A stretch of 62,888 bases of DNA, counting the filler, from Collodictyon triciliatum (Eukaryota): the NCBI GenBank assembly GCA_043381765.1. It is 9 parts of 9 records of this genome, joined end to end, with 100 filler letters (N's around TTAATTAATTAA, not from the genome) between each part and the next. Parts side by side here need not be neighbours in the genome. Positions count along the whole stretch, not along the records: positions 60,282 to 62,888 come from JBHJMP010004265.1; 8 more parts are not named here. One strand, 5' to 3'. Shown one piece after another: positions 60,282 to 62,888 of this stretch. The translations under genes and the position numbers were made by a program. The notes under the pieces were generated by a model. That model was not told where the DNA came from. It was given only the letters and a program-made list of their open reading frames with translations, and did not search any database. Within the stretch, counting starts at the first letter, position 1; the number at the start of each line of letters is the position of its first letter.

Positions 60282-60760
60282 CTTTATGGCTTGCTGCACA
60301 CTGTTTGACTTAATTCTTGCGAGATCGGCTCGGCAGCTTCCAGAGATCGGTCTGTGGATTCATCTTGTTTCAACAAATCGAACCTTCCAAAGAGAAAATT
60401 AGCAAAGGAGCTATTGGGGCTATTAGTATCAGATTTTTCTTATAAAATTGATAAAAATAGAAAAATTTATTGAAATTATAAATTGAATAAGGCTTTTAAA
60501 CAAAACATCGAATAACAATTTTTATTGTGGAATTTAATTTATGGAAATATCTTTGGACAACTGTCTGAAACTAATTTTTATGTTTTTTTCTAACAATCCA
60601 ACCACAACAATTACAGATATGAGGTGTAGGTATAATTTGCAGCGTCGTTACAGCTGTTTTGTTTCTGGGCTTGCTTAATCTTGTTAGTTTGCAGGCGACT
60701 CGACGAAGCCCATCAGAATCAAGATGCTGTGAGAAATCTTGCCTTTCCTTGCTACTCTGA
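60282..60760 (+). CDS. 3' exons of an unidentified membrane protein
   Basis: GIICSVVTAVLFLGLLNLVSLQATRRSPSESRCCEKSCLSLLL then stop, downstream of an AG acceptor. Confidence 0.3.
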
Positions 60761-61234
60761 CCTAGGGCGGAAAAGGGCGAGGGAGTTTGGTATAAAATTA
60801 ATCCCATCCCATATTCAAGTCTTGCTACCCACACAGCCAATCAACCATTCAAACCGCCCACCTGACCAACTCGCTGTCACTGATTTCTTTCCAGTGAAGT
60901 AGCCACCTTCTCACGACCATCTATCCGTTAAGACCACTACTCCCATTTCAGCCTCACAAAGTTGAAAGGATTGATGAATAAGCAAAGATTGTAAAACCAG
61001 GTTAATTTTACTTTGAAGAAATAATCTGCTGAATGTCCAATATGATTGTTTTTTTTCTTAAAAAAAGATAAGAGATGTTGCTAATAGAAAAAAAAAGTGT
61101 CCTCAAGGTTGATAACAAACGTTTGTTTCAGGGCACCCTAGTTTTTATTTGGAGGTTGGTGTTTCTTTGTAGGGATGTTTTGGCAAGTAAAAAGACTTCA
61201 GATAGGAATGCGATCGCACAATAGCTGAATTTCA

Positions 61235-62860
61235 TCACATCGGATAAGGTATTTCTCTTTGTAGCACAGTTTTCAGGCGCCGATTAAAGGGCCTGTAAAA
61301 TTCTCGAAGAAAATTCATTGTCTCTTCGTCTTTAGCCCTACTGGATTCTCCAACATTAGCAAACGGGAGATGTAGCTCTTCATTTGGTAAATAATCCGGA
61401 CGAAGTCCACAAAAGTTCAATATTTCTCTTAATACACAGCTTTGTTTTATAGGGTCAATTAAATCTTCATAGAGCACCACCATAAATTGTGTTTTATCAA
61501 AAATCTTTGTCCATTCCTCAATCATAGTTGCATACATACCACGTTCCAGGAATGATAGATGCCTATGTTCCTGCAGTATTTCCATATCGAGTGTCCCTTC
61601 TTTTTCATCAAAGAGTTTCAGATGCCTACCGTAATCATAATTATACTTCATCTCTTGCCCAAAAGAGCCAAAATCAGGATTCTTCTCCGTTTCATTCCTT
61701 CTGACCACCATGCGGTAATGAGAGTCCGCCCGGTCAGCTGGGTTGCGAATAAGGAATAGGATTCGGGCCTGTGGCCAGTCCTCCTTGAGGGTCTGAGCAA
61801 CTCGAATCCACATGGAATACTCTGGGGTGGCCTCTCCTGTTAAGCATAGCTGGACAGAAAAATAACAATATTGAGTAAGATAAAGTTAGGTCGATTCATT
61901 ACAATTATTTGTAGTGGGCAAATAAGAAACTTCTAATCAAATAGGTTAACCACATCAAATATGCTCTCCTCATCTGATGACTAAGGAGTGATAGAACGAA
62001 ACTACCTTGCATGATGGAAACATACTTAGATATTCGATCTTCCTGGTATCCCTTTTTTTTTTAAGAGTAATAAATAAATTATGTAATTAGGTGCTTTCTT
62101 GCAAAAAGAGAAAAAAGAAAAGAAAAGAGAGCGAGAATGATGAACACGTTCTATTTTTAGGATGAAATTTATGATTTTTTCAACAAACGCGTTTTGCCCG
62201 GTGTAGGAAGAGTAAAACTTAGTCTCCTTAGTTCCTCCACCATGAAAATCGGGATGTTTCTTTAGAAATTGATACATAGATGATGTAGATGCTTTCTGGG
62301 CCCCAATGATGAAAATGGACGGCCCACATTTACTAAATTAAAGAGATAGCTTAATTTTCGCTTGTTTGAGAATTATAAAGTTACTCCAGAGCTTCAAGGT
62401 GAAAAATAAATGAGTGTTAAATTATACAAAAGAAAATGGAAATTGAAAAATGAAAAAAAAAGAGAATCAAAAACAAAACTTTTGAAAGTTATCAGAGGGA
62501 ATGGGACGATTTTAACAACAATTACTGTCACTGTAATGAGCACACACAATTTTATCATTAATTATTACCATTATCATCATGGTTATTATACAGTCTTAGA
62601 ATGTGATTTATAAACATGTCTATTACTTAAGGTTTGGTTCGTAGTACGGGCACAATGGATGGAGTCTTCCTTTCGAATCTGCCTCGTAAGTAGGGTTTCC
62701 GTAACAGTCTTTGGGTAAATGTACTCCACAGCTACTGTGATTCTGGATAATCAGCTCATCAAAAAATGGTTGCTCTTGTGCATACTATTTCTTTTCATAA
62801 TATGCACCAGGTTCATATTGGAGTGCCTCATACGAAAAGAAACTACTGCTGCTATCATTC
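61235..62860 (-). CDS. PAPS-dependent sulfotransferase (heparan-sulfate 3-O/N-sulfotransferase-like fold), multi-exon
   Basis: 5'-PSB motif PSIFIIGAQKASTSSMYQFLKKHP, KETKFY, GEATPEY, 3'-PB motif LIRNPADRADSHY, RGMYA and FYRPFNRRL. Confidence 0.9.
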
Positions 62861-62888
62861 CACCTTTATCTTAGAAAAAATAAAGAAT

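Noticed and set aside
61131-61140. GGGCACCCTA, also present in the viral hairpin at 45396-45405
   Set aside because: A single 10-nt match is expected by chance in 63 kb and the flanks are unrelated.

Overview
This is eukaryotic DNA from an intron-rich, microsatellite-rich, flagellated protist; the organism cannot be named from the sequence. The window is not one locus. It is nine contigs or scaffolds joined by artificial 100-nt N-TTAATTAATTAA-N spacers, and genes are cut at these spacers. Host genes: a PB1/ubiquitin-fold repeat protein, a RING-B-box-B-box-coiled-coil-NHL (TRIM-NHL-like) protein, SYS1, ODA1/ODAD1, IFT144/WDR19, syntaxin-6, an intronless 2172-aa NACHT-pentapeptide-WD40-Sel1 STAND protein, PSD2, a CorA-family transporter, site-1 protease, an LRR-Roc-COR-kinase-LRR Roco protein and a sulfotransferase. 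The standout is contig 42923-53037, a gene-dense, intron-free block that reads as a Polinton-like virus or virophage-like element. It carries a probable penton C-terminus, a phage-like fibre, a 1427-aa coiled-coil protein, a small amphipathic protein, a 529-aa putative double-jelly-roll major capsid protein, a 52-aa membrane protein and an orphan ORF. It also has an 82-bp direct repeat flanking the capsid module, hairpins after several genes, and a structured right end that abuts host-type microsatellite. All protein calls come from motif recognition by eye; no database searches were run.
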